DNA from: a virus
Lineage: Duplodnaviria > Caudoviricetes
DNA length: 60,870 bases
IMG/VR virus record: IMGVR_UViG_3300037484_000304
Location: 1 to 60,870 of that record
Reading direction: 5' to 3' (one strand)
Positions 52,323-60,870 of the stretch are shown here, piece after piece. How positions within the stretch are numbered: position 1 is the stretch's first letter; each line of letters starts with the position of its first letter. The notes beneath the pieces are model-generated. The model was not told where the DNA came from. It saw only the letters and a program-made list of their open reading frames with translations, and searched no databases. Made by a program: the position numbers and the translations under genes.

Positions 52323-54608
52323 CTACCGTGGCACCTGATTGATCGGGCGATTCAGCGGGTAGTTCGGGTTCTGGTCCACCGGCCCGGCGTTGGCCTCAAG
52401 CAGCTTCTTGCCCTCTTCCGACTCCGGGTCAACTACGGTCTTGGCGTCCTGCGTCGGCCGGTAGAAGGCCATACGCGGCAGGTCCAGCACAGCGGCCTTG
52501 ACCGACTCAGCATGGCCGACCTCGACCTTGGCTAGCCTGGCCTCTAGCGCCGTCAGCCTGGTGTCCGTCGCCTTCTGCGTTGTGGACAGGCCAGTCAGTT
52601 GCTCGCCAATGGCCTTGTTGGACGCGGCCAACTCCACCATCAGCGGGCTGCTGGCGAAGGCTTCCGCGAGGGCCTTCACGTCTACAGCAGGTGAGTCCTT
52701 TTGGGCCGGAGCGCCCTCGCTACCCTCCTTGAAAGCTACTCCTCGATCCTCAAGTTCCTTCGTCTTCTGCTCCGCGGCCGCGATAATGGCGGCCGCCTCG
52801 TCCGCTCCGAAAACGTTTTCCAGAGCCTTCCGCTTGGTTTCGTCCAGCGGCATGTTGACCTCCTTGGCCGAAAATTGCGTCCAGGGGTTGGCGGCGGCCG
52901 CCCCCGGTAACACCGAACGTTCGACTATCTCTAGCCACTCGTACACACCATCCGCTCTGTCGTCCTTGCGATAGCGATACCCATGGCTCATCTTTAGATC
53001 CTCTTCCGAGTGGGCCAGGAAATAGGCCAGGGCCTTCTCACCCCGTGGCGTCTTGTCGAACGTGCCCGACTCCACCAGAATACGGCCCACGACACCGCGC
53101 CAGTCGGCCTGGCCAAAGTCGCTGCCGGGCACATGCCAGAACCAAAGCTGGCGGTTCTCGGCTGGCCACTCTTTGTCGGACCGACTGACCTCCTCTTCCA
53201 GGCTTTTGGTCGTGAAAATCTCCGCTTCTTTGTCCGCAAAGCCGTTCGTCGTCCAGCTCACCCAGCGAGCCGCGTCGGCTTTGTCGCGATAGACTTTGAA
53301 GCTTTGCGCATGGCCGGCGAAGTCCGGCAGTAGAGCCTTACCGCTATCGTCCATGTCTTCGTGCTCACCGTCTTCGTAGTTCGCCCACTTCATCACGTCT
53401 TGCATGGCGTCCAGCATGGCCTTGAGCTTTTCCCGCATGCGCGACATCATGCGTTTGCCCTCCTTCTGGCCGCCTTCGCCCTGAGCACTTGCCAGTAGTT
53501 TGCGTGCTCGCTCCTGCAGACTGTTCTTCTTCGCCTCATCTAGGCCCGGCGCATTGGACTGCGGGATGCGTGCGATGGCGTTCCGCAAATGCGGCAGATC
53601 CACCTTGCCGTTGGCGTCCTTGTACGGAAAGTGCCGCTTGCTGCGTGGCGTCGTCTTGCCCTCTTCGTCCTTGTCGCCAGACTCGACGTACAGGAACGCG
53701 CTGTCAGGCAAATCGTTCATCATGGCGGTGGACCATTCGGCCTTGCTGTCATCTGCGTCCCGCTCTTTCATGCCTGCCTTGGGCTGGTAAACCATCTCCA
53801 CCTCGACCGGCTCGCCCAGCGTCACCTCGTCCTTGCTGTTCACCGAGTATGAAATCTCGTACAGATGGCAGGCATGGCCAGGACCGGTTACCTCCACAAT
53901 CACGCGGTCCTTGTAGACTGCTTTCAGCCAGCGGTACGGCGTCTCCGCCATCATTGGCATGGCCATGTTCATGTCCCGTGGCGGGTTGAGCGCCGCATGA
54001 ATGGCGCTGTGCAGGTCTTCGTGCGAAAGCTCCTTGATGTCGGTCAGAGTGTCCATAGGGATCTCCTTCTTCCTGCTGGCCGCACCCAGCGGCATGACGT
54101 GGTGCTGATCGCCAATCGCCAACGTCAGACTATCGAACGTTACGTCAATGTCGGCTAGCTTGGCTATCGGTGCCTCAGCATCGGGGTCCACGTAGGCTAG
54201 TGTAACGTGCGGCATGAATCCATGCTCAGTGTTGGCGGGCACACCCGCACCCTCCAAAGCCTTGACCATCTCCTGTCGTAACTCCGTCAGAGCAGGGCTG
54301 TCAACACTGGCGTACAGCACATCCTTGCCGTCTGAGTTCTTGGAGGCGTTGAATCGCCCCAAGCCCGAAATCCGACCAGCTACGGGCTTGGCTTTACTGC
54401 ACACACCCTCGCACGCCTGCTGTGCTTTTGCAAGCGCATCTTTGCCAATCTCCGCAGTGTCACCCATGAAGGCCAGCGTCAGGTGCAAGTCTTCGGCTTT
54501 CTCGCCACCCTTGACCGCCAGCCTTTTAGCCACATCTGCCGGCAGATAGAGCATGGCAGCCACGCCGCTATGGGCCTTGATAGATTGCTCGATTTCAGAC
54601 CAGAACAT
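52323..54608 (-). CDS. 2H phosphoesterase + prohead protease-like + scaffold fusion
   Basis: HLTL and PHVTL 2H motifs; NDLPDSAF..RHFP domain; LWFWH..MSHGY..ERSVLP..AAN protease-like; internal RBS+ATG at 54056 and 52853. Confidence 0.8.
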   Translation of the reverse strand: MFWSEIEQSIKAHSGVAAMLYLPADVAKRLAVKGGEKAEDLHLTLAFMGDTAEIGKDALAKAQQACEGVCSKAKPVAGRISGLGRFNASKNSDGKDVLYASVDSPALTELRQEMVKALEGAGVPANTEHGFMPHVTLAYVDPDAEAPIAKLADIDVTFDSLTLAIGDQHHVMPLGAASRKKEIPMDTLTDIKELSHEDLHSAIHAALNPPRDMNMAMPMMAETPYRWLKAVYKDRVIVEVTGPGHACHLYEISYSVNSKDEVTLGEPVEVEMVYQPKAGMKERDADDSKAEWSTAMMNDLPDSAFLYVESGDKDEEGKTTPRSKRHFPYKDANGKVDLPHLRNAIARIPQSNAPGLDEAKKNSLQERARKLLASAQGEGGQKEGKRMMSRMREKLKAMLDAMQDVMKWANYEDGEHEDMDDSGKALLPDFAGHAQSFKVYRDKADAARWVSWTTNGFADKEAEIFTTKSLEEEVSRSDKEWPAENRQLWFWHVPGSDFGQADWRGVVGRILVESGTFDKTPRGEKALAYFLAHSEEDLKMSHGYRYRKDDRADGVYEWLEIVERSVLPGAAAANPWTQFSAKEVNMPLDETKRKALENVFGADEAAAIIAAAEQKTKELEDRGVAFKEGSEGAPAQKDSPAVDVKALAEAFASSPLMVELAASNKAIGEQLTGLSTTQKATDTRLTALEARLAKVEVGHAESVKAAVLDLPRMAFYRPTQDAKTVVDPESEEGKKLLEANAGPVDQNPNYPLNRPINQVPR

Positions 54609-55192
54609 CAGTCCACGTCCCCGGCGTAAATGGCCGCCGCGACAGCGTGCAGCATGACCGCATGCACATCCTCCACGACGCCATAACTGTTTGACTCAAC
54701 CAGGATTGCCAGGTCAGCGGCGCTGCCCAATGTCTGCATCGTCGAAGACGGACCAGCCTTGCCTGTCAGCCCGACGACGTAGCAGCCAGCGTCACGGGCC
54801 GCCCTCACAGCAGCCATGATGTTAGCCGACTGGCCCGACGCCGAAATAGCGATCAGCAGGTCGTCAGACTCAGCTAGAACGTCGAGCTGACGGCTGAACA
54901 CCTCGGCGGGCGGGTAGTCGTTGACGAGCATGGTGAGGGTGGGCCCGGAGTCGGCCAAGCTCTGCGCTCGCACGCCAAGCTTGAGCAGGTCCACGGCGGC
55001 GTGTGACGCGGTAGCCGCCGAGCCACCATTGCCCACCAGGTAAACGTGGCCGCCCATTGCCCTGATGTGCAGGACTGCCGCAACCAGCTTGTCAATCAGC
55101 GTCGGGTTGACAGACTCCAGCGCATTGCAGACGGCCACAAGGTGTTGCGTTGTGGACCGAATGACGGTGCTTTCCATACTCACTCCTTGCAC
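54608..55192 (-). CDS. gmhA: Sedoheptulose-7-phosphate isomerase (SIS domain)
   Basis: GNGGSAATASH, ND....VFSRQL, ISASGQSAN, VEDVH. Confidence 0.85.
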   Translation of the reverse strand: MQGVSMESTVIRSTTQHLVAVCNALESVNPTLIDKLVAAVLHIRAMGGHVYLVGNGGSAATASHAAVDLLKLGVRAQSLADSGPTLTMLVNDYPPAEVFSRQLDVLAESDDLLIAISASGQSANIMAAVRAARDAGCYVVGLTGKAGPSSTMQTLGSAADLAILVESNSYGVVEDVHAVMLHAVAAAIYAGDVD

Positions 55193-56166
55193 ACCAGCAC
55201 ACTACCCCGCGACTCGACGTGCCAGGCTAGCTCACGTAGCCCGGTGAGCGCAGCCCGCACAGCCTCACGCTTCTCGGGTGCACAGCACACCAACAGAAAG
55301 CCCGTACCACCGGCACCCAAGAGCTTGCCCCCGGTAGCGCCCGCGGCAGTCGCCCTCTCCAGGGCCGACGCCACCAGGCCATTACCAATACCCTGTGCTA
55401 GCTGCTGCTTGGCTGCCCAGCCTTGACGCAACAGCCCGCCCAGCCGGTCAGCGTCAGCGCCCAGTCGCAGGCAGTCGGCCGTGTAGAGGGCCAGCGCCCG
55501 CAGGTGCCGCAGGTGCTCACTGCACTCGCCCGTGCGCCCGTTCTGACAAGCCAGAATAGCGTCAGCCTGTCGCGTACCGCCCAGGTAAAAGAGCAACAGG
55601 CAAGACTGCAGGCTACGCCGGAGTCCATTCGTGTCTTTGGCATCGTCCAGTCTGGCCTCGCTTACTGAACCGTCAGCGGCGAACGTGTACTGCCGTACGC
55701 CACCGAAGGCCGCGGCATACTGGTCCTGCTTGCCGATCGGATGGCCCAGCACGTCAATCTCTACCTGGCAAGCCTCGCTGGCAAGCTGTGCCGGTGAGGG
55801 CCAGCAACGGTTGAGCACGTGGAGGGCATGTAGGACACCGACGGTGTAGGCCGACGACGAGCCCAAACCGGTGCCGGCCGGAATGTCGGCCACCGAGACG
55901 ATCTCGACGCCGCGTTCGACGCCTAGCAGTTGACAGCAGGCCCGGGCTAGGTCGTGCTGTACGTCGGCCACCGAGTCCACTACCTCGTTGCGGTCGTAGT
56001 GGCTCACCCGCACGCGGCCGTCGAACTTAGGGTTGACGGCGATGTAGACGTACTTGTCGATGGTAAACGATACGACAGCTCCACCACCGATGGCCCGGTA
56101 GGCCGCCGGCAGGTCGGTGCCACCGCCAGCAAGCGAGATACGCAAGGGCGTCTTTGTTAGTAGCAT
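55180..56166 (-). CDS. hddA: D-glycero-D-manno-heptose-7-phosphate kinase (GHMP family)
   Basis: TPLRISLAGGGTD, PAGTGLGSSS, GKQDQYAAAFGG, GGKLLGAGG.GF. Confidence 0.88.
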   Translation of the reverse strand: MLLTKTPLRISLAGGGTDLPAAYRAIGGGAVVSFTIDKYVYIAVNPKFDGRVRVSHYDRNEVVDSVADVQHDLARACCQLLGVERGVEIVSVADIPAGTGLGSSSAYTVGVLHALHVLNRCWPSPAQLASEACQVEIDVLGHPIGKQDQYAAAFGGVRQYTFAADGSVSEARLDDAKDTNGLRRSLQSCLLLFYLGGTRQADAILACQNGRTGECSEHLRHLRALALYTADCLRLGADADRLGGLLRQGWAAKQQLAQGIGNGLVASALERATAAGATGGKLLGAGGTGFLLVCCAPEKREAVRAALTGLRELAWHVESRGSVLVCKE

Positions 56167-56168
56167 GC

Positions 56169-56567
56169 CTATCCACCTGCACCCTTGAGCAGCTTTATGA
56201 TAACGCCTTTCGCCACGTTCCACAGCGTTGGCGCCACCTCCATAACGCGGGGCCAGCCACGGCGGGCCATCTCTTTTGCCTGCTGCTCACCCTCGACCCA
56301 CTTGGCATACGGCGCAATGTTGGCGTTCGAGCCCACCGAGGCCACCAGCGAGCCGCCCACCTTCCGGGCACGGACGATAGACCAAGAGCGCCCGAGCGTC
56401 ATCGTCCTGACATACCCGCTCTTGGTTGCCTGCTGTGGTGGATAGCTTGCCATCTTGTCTTCTACCTGGCTGACAAAGCCGTTTAGTTCGCTCTCCAGTT
56501 TGCCTTGCAGGCCGGTCGCCAGGATGATGGGCTTCTTGGGCTTGATGCTGATAAAGCGAACAGGCAT
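56169..56567 (-). CDS. HK97 gp10-like morphogenesis protein
   Basis: YVRT.TLGRSW...VGSN...YA.WV.G. Confidence 0.7.
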   Translation of the reverse strand: MPVRFISIKPKKPIILATGLQGKLESELNGFVSQVEDKMASYPPQQATKSGYVRTMTLGRSWSIVRARKVGGSLVASVGSNANIAPYAKWVEGEQQAKEMARRGWPRVMEVAPTLWNVAKGVIIKLLKGAGG

Positions 56568-56848
56568 GCTACTCTTTCTCTTTCACTATCCACGGCCCCC
56601 ACGGGCCACGCTCCAGGCCCAGCTCAGGCACTGCTCCGAAGGCCAGCGCCAACTCCACGGCCTCCCGTGCGTCCTCATGCCGGTCGAACAGGCGAACGAA
56701 CCCGTCGGGCCGCCGCATTGCGTCCTGTCGCACTCGCTGCCACAGGCGATCGAATGCGACCGGGAAGGCTGCCGCTGCTTCGGTGCAGTAGGCAGCGCGG
56801 ATGGCCGACAACAGGGCGGGTGGAGGCGTGTGCCAATCCATACCAGGC

Positions 56849-59188
56849 TTAGTCCTTAGCAGCCGACAGGACAAGCGTATTACGACACCTACAGCGGCTG
56901 TGAGCTGGCGGCCGCAAGAACGGCTTGATCTCAGCGACAACGTCCTTGTCCAGCAAGTCACTGAACGGCTGGTCAAACTTCGTCGTCTTGCCGTCCAATG
57001 GTACGCAGATGGCAACACAGACCTTTTCGTCTTTTGCTGTCCGCCATCGCTCACCAATGGCCCCCGGCACTTGCTTGTAAGCCAGGGTGCTTCCTTCTGC
57101 AAAGGCTCGTGTAACCTCAGTTGTTCCGATCATCTGTGCCCGCCACTTGCCGAACGTCGGCTCCAGCGCCTTGAGCAGGTCGGGCAGGCCGCGCTTGCCC
57201 AGCCCGGTCTCCTGCCAGGTCACGATGGCCCCACGCAGCGCCTTCCTCGTCGTGTCCGTTAGCCCACGGCTCAGCTCGAAGTTCCACGCCTTGGACCACT
57301 TGAGCACTTCCTGGTTGACAAGAGCCATGTCCACGGCGACGGCTACCGTTGACAGCACACTCTCAGCCGCGGCCGCTGCTCCTGCTTGCGCGGCTGCCGT
57401 CAGTTCTGGCCCCAGCGCATCTACGAACAGGCCCTCGACCACTTTCCACAAGTCGTCATCGTCGGCCAGCGGGACAGCCTTCTCGCCTGTCGCTTTGCGT
57501 GCTTCTGGCAAGGCCCGCACCTTAGCCAGGAGCAGCCGCTCGACCTTGCCCAGCGCCGTGCTGGCCGCGGCCTCCATGCTGCGCTCCAGCTTCTCGGTCC
57601 GCTGTTCGGTGTCGTCGGGTAGCGCAACGTCACGGGTACGGGAGGCGCCAGTCTTCGGAGTGGCCTTGGCTTTGGCCGCTTGCGCCGCGGCCAGGGCGAA
57701 AGGGTGCCGAGGCTCCAGAACGGTCACGCGGCCGCTCTTAGACGAGTATCTGGCCGGTGGACCGTACAACCGTCGCAGCTCCTTGGCTGCGACTTCCTCA
57801 ACCACAGGCTCAGCCTGCACAACCGCTGCTTCCTCGGTGCCGTCCTCTCGTTCCACGTCGTCCGCCACCACGTCCGGCGTCACGTCCGGCTCATTGGCCA
57901 GGAACTCTTCCGGCAATACCTGCACGTCCGCCAGCAGACGACGGGCCTCCAGACGATCAATCACGGACTCGGTCATGCCCGTGGGCACGGTGAACAGCTT
58001 GACCACGTTGTCGATGCGGGCCCGGTCCAGCTCAGTCTTCGCTTTGTCCTCTTCGTCGTCCAACATGTCGAACCGGAACGTTACGCTTTTGGGTAACACT
58101 TGCCAGTTGATGGCGCGCTCTATCGAAGAGGTCAGATCGCCAAAGCCCTTGCCACGAGCCTTACGATTTTGTATTTCCGCATCGGCCTTTGTTGCGCCGC
58201 TGGCCGTGGCTGGCCACAGCTCCCGCGCATCCAGGCCCAGCTCCAGCGCGAGGATGTAGGCATAGAGCGTGATGCTCGACTCCTCGTTGTAGCCGTCGGG
58301 CAGACTGGCGAAGTCGAGTTGCTGGATTTCCAGCGGCACGCCGGGGTCCTGCGTGGCAATAGAAATGACCTTGGCAAACCTCGTCAGGCCCTCGTTGTCC
58401 ATTGCCTCCTGCGCCTTGCGTATGGCCTCGTCAAACCGCTGCTGCGACATGCCGCGCACAGCGACGATGCCCCGGCTGGGACGGCTGCTCAGTTTCTCTC
58501 GCTTGTAGATCCAGATGTCGCGCATGATCTGCGCGGCTCGCAGGATGCGGGAGGTGGCACAGTAGCCCACGCCAAGCAGCGACTCGTCCGGGCTAGGCTG
58601 GCTCACTAGCCTGATCACCTGGTGCGCGCCCATCCTGTGCGGCTTGCCCGTGCGGTAGTCGTAGTACACCACGGGCGCCTGCAAGTCGCCGGTGGGCAGG
58701 CAGCGAGAAGCGTCGAGGTGGGCCAGACCGAGCACAGGGCCATCGGAGCCGTCCGTGGCCCGCAGCACCTCGATAAAGGCGCCGCGGTCCATTGTGAGCA
58801 AGTCTTCCACGACCTTGCTCACCAGGTCACCCCAGCCCTGGCCGAACTCGGATTCGCTCAGCATCTCCTGGTAGCGTTTGACCTGCCGCTGTGGGCCTTC
58901 GAGCGTCCAGCCCAGCGTCTTGAGCTTGGACTCGACCGAGTAGATGGCACCGGCCAGCATGGGCTCGGTACGCCAAACTTTACGCAGATACTGGTCACGG
59001 GAGGGTGTCCACCAGGCAGGCGCTTCATCCTGCGAGGTGGCGACGTACCAGATGAAAGGTGACAGACTCTCGATGGGCTCGGTTCTGGCTTGAACAGAGC
59101 GGCGCGCCAGAGCCGCCGGGTCGGTGGCCTTCTCGTCCAGAGCCAGGGCCATGTTCTGCTCGGCGTCGTGCCCGTTGCCGGTGGTCAT
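56849..59188 (-). CDS. Portal protein fused to MuF/SPP1-gp7-like minor head domain
   Basis: Follows terminase; C-terminal TEVTRA, WRTAKDEKVC..IC.PLDG, PPAHSRCRC. Confidence 0.85.
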   Translation of the reverse strand: MTTGNGHDAEQNMALALDEKATDPAALARRSVQARTEPIESLSPFIWYVATSQDEAPAWWTPSRDQYLRKVWRTEPMLAGAIYSVESKLKTLGWTLEGPQRQVKRYQEMLSESEFGQGWGDLVSKVVEDLLTMDRGAFIEVLRATDGSDGPVLGLAHLDASRCLPTGDLQAPVVYYDYRTGKPHRMGAHQVIRLVSQPSPDESLLGVGYCATSRILRAAQIMRDIWIYKREKLSSRPSRGIVAVRGMSQQRFDEAIRKAQEAMDNEGLTRFAKVISIATQDPGVPLEIQQLDFASLPDGYNEESSITLYAYILALELGLDARELWPATASGATKADAEIQNRKARGKGFGDLTSSIERAINWQVLPKSVTFRFDMLDDEEDKAKTELDRARIDNVVKLFTVPTGMTESVIDRLEARRLLADVQVLPEEFLANEPDVTPDVVADDVEREDGTEEAAVVQAEPVVEEVAAKELRRLYGPPARYSSKSGRVTVLEPRHPFALAAAQAAKAKATPKTGASRTRDVALPDDTEQRTEKLERSMEAAASTALGKVERLLLAKVRALPEARKATGEKAVPLADDDDLWKVVEGLFVDALGPELTAAAQAGAAAAAESVLSTVAVAVDMALVNQEVLKWSKAWNFELSRGLTDTTRKALRGAIVTWQETGLGKRGLPDLLKALEPTFGKWRAQMIGTTEVTRAFAEGSTLAYKQVPGAIGERWRTAKDEKVCVAICVPLDGKTTKFDQPFSDLLDKDVVAEIKPFLRPPAHSRCRCRNTLVLSAAKD

Positions 59189-59191
59189 GCG

Positions 59192-60616
59192 TCAATCCTC
59201 ATACCTGTGGCGCCAAGTGCCATAGAGCACGGCGTCTTGACAATGATCGTCGCTATGCTTTTCCGGCTCGTCCGCGTACACACCCGGACTGACTTCTTTC
59301 CTGTACGCGATCCTGAGCGAGCGAATCGTATTCGTGCAGCGTGGATGTATCAGCAAGGCTCGCTGCCCGTTGGCACCACAGATAAAGCGGGCGGCAATGC
59401 TGGCTCCCTCTTTGCGCCGATAGTTGTGTGGGCTGGCAGTGTCCACCTCTGCCTGGTTGAAGGCGATCCTGAGTGCCGTCGCCTCGGGCGGCACAATGGC
59501 CACTTCCGGATGCTTGCCTAACTCCTGTAGCCGGGCTAGCACCGCCTTAACGCTCGTTTCCTGCAGGCGCCCCGCTTCGTAGTGCTCCCAAAATACGCGC
59601 AGCCTGCCTAACGGGTCTTCCTGTACCGCGAGGATGGCCCTCGGCTGCGCAATATTGTCATCGCACCAGACCTCGACCGGCAACTCCGGGTCGAACTCGG
59701 CGGCCTCCGTAACGTTGCTGTGCTCAGGATCGCCAGGCTCGCTCACGAAGTCAGGGAAGACCAGGCCCTGCTGGCCGGGCCGCTTGCAGAGAAATTGCGC
59801 TTCCCACGTGTCCAAGCCCATCGTCAGGAACTTGTCTACCAGATCCGTGCGTGGCCGGTGCCCGGTCGAATACTGGTGCTTGCCCTGGCACTGGTCCCAC
59901 AACTCACAGGCCGACTGCAAGCACTCGGGACAACGCTGTTTTACATCCCAGATACACCAGGAATAGACAGCGAGTCCCCGCAACGGAGCCTGGTCGAGCA
60001 CTGCTTGCATCAGCCCAACCGCCCTATCCCTGGTTGAGATTAACGCCGTCTGCACGCCCTCGCCCGTGCCCATGCCCCAGAACTTTTCCAGCACCTCTGG
60101 TCGCCACATCTCGACTTCGTCGGCAACTTTTAGCCGCGGATGCGCCCCGGAAACTTGCGCCACGGTAGCCGCATGGATCTCCAGCCTTGAGCCGTTACGC
60201 CAGCGAGTCTCGCTCATCAGGCTGTCGGCCACCATGCCACGAAAGGCTGGCAAGTCGATGTATTCCTGCATGTACGAATAGGCCCTTTTTGCCTGTTCCT
60301 CCACACCACCGGCATGAAATATCCACGTCTTCTGCTTGCAGGCCAGGAGCCATTCCAGAAGGCTAATCATTCTCGTTTTACCGCCGCCCCGTGGACCAAG
60401 GCCGATGGCCCGTTGCACCCTGCCAAAGTACAGATCGCTTAGGAACTGGAAAGGTGCTTGATGCTCTGGACAGCCGGGCGAAGGCTGGCGGGCAATGTTG
60501 AAGCCCAACAGGCGACAGACACCGCTATAGAGCCCGTCACTATCCCTGCTCAGACGGCGACGCCGCTCTGCCCAAACTTCCTGCAGCCGTGGTAAGTTTG
60601 CCAACGATGTCGTCAA
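59192..60616 (-). CDS. terL: Terminase large subunit
   Basis: GPRGGGKT Walker A, ADEVE Walker B, ISTR coupling motif, DDHCQDA.LY nuclease motif. Confidence 0.92.
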   Translation of the reverse strand: MTTSLANLPRLQEVWAERRRRLSRDSDGLYSGVCRLLGFNIARQPSPGCPEHQAPFQFLSDLYFGRVQRAIGLGPRGGGKTRMISLLEWLLACKQKTWIFHAGGVEEQAKRAYSYMQEYIDLPAFRGMVADSLMSETRWRNGSRLEIHAATVAQVSGAHPRLKVADEVEMWRPEVLEKFWGMGTGEGVQTALISTRDRAVGLMQAVLDQAPLRGLAVYSWCIWDVKQRCPECLQSACELWDQCQGKHQYSTGHRPRTDLVDKFLTMGLDTWEAQFLCKRPGQQGLVFPDFVSEPGDPEHSNVTEAAEFDPELPVEVWCDDNIAQPRAILAVQEDPLGRLRVFWEHYEAGRLQETSVKAVLARLQELGKHPEVAIVPPEATALRIAFNQAEVDTASPHNYRRKEGASIAARFICGANGQRALLIHPRCTNTIRSLRIAYRKEVSPGVYADEPEKHSDDHCQDAVLYGTWRHRYED

Positions 60617-60870
60617 GGCGGTCTAGCTCCTCATCCGTCAAGGCGGACAGGTCCCGATATTGGATCGGCCCATCGTCCGGTCCGGTGTGTACCAGTTGCT
60701 GCTTTGGTGGACCGTCGATGTGGCTGTAGATGAACTTGACCAGCTCGACCCACTGCTTGCCGTCCAGGTCGAGGCCCACTGTTACCGGCTCGCCGTCCGG
60801 TAGCTGCACAGGCGTATTGTCGCCAGCCAACAGATCGACTCGACCAGCCAGAACGGCTTGCCAGACAAGC
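60540..60870 (-). CDS. Small terminase-like protein, C-terminal part
   Basis: Open frame from the right edge; IDGPPKQ, HTGPDDGPI, DLSALTDEEL. Confidence 0.75.
   Translation of the reverse strand, partial: LVWQAVLAGRVDLLAGDNTPVQLPDGEPVTVGLDLDGKQWVELVKFIYSHIDGPPKQQLVHTGPDDGPIQYRDLSALTDEELDRLDDIVGKLTTAAGSLGRAASPSEQG

Noticed and set aside
3599-60281. Numerous long + strand ORFs (e.g. 3621-4607, 50703-52034, 57087-58259)
   Set aside because: They are antisense shadows of GC-rich - strand genes, with no RBS or recognisable motifs.
1-60870. Integrase, reverse transcriptase, RAMP/Cas genes, tRNAs, DNA polymerase
   Set aside because: No diagnostic motifs or cloverleaf structures were seen. Highly diverged versions cannot be excluded without HMM or structure searches.

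Overview
The window looks like a near-complete (~61 kb) long-tailed dsDNA phage genome, probably circularly permuted: a small-terminase-like gene starts at 113 (-), runs off the left edge and resumes in frame at 60870. Most genes are on the - strand. From the right end they run: terminase, portal-MuF fusion, heptose genes (hddA, gmhA), 2H-phosphoesterase/protease/scaffold, major capsid, a sugar dehydratase/methyltransferase/glycosyltransferase cassette, a C-type-lectin-like receptor-binding protein, neck and tail genes, lysis genes with two receiver domains, regulators, three DNA methyltransferases, a primase-MCM helicase and a sigma-70 factor. A small + strand cassette lies at 1.5-3.6 kb. I recognised no integrase, reverse transcriptase, tRNA or CRISPR array. 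A Chloroflexota host is a weak inference. Best leads: (1) a stand-alone, promoter-driven ~140-nt RNA of 19 phased GGY-NN pentamers ending in an 18-bp stem; (2) a DGR remnant with a 32-nt adenine-mismatched template and no RT; (3) a glycan-building toolkit inside the head operon; (4) an endolysin locus with an internal start and a -1 frameshift into a lytic transglycosylase; (5) a highly structured ~280-nt non-coding RNA candidate. All protein-family calls come from motif recognition by eye, not database searches.
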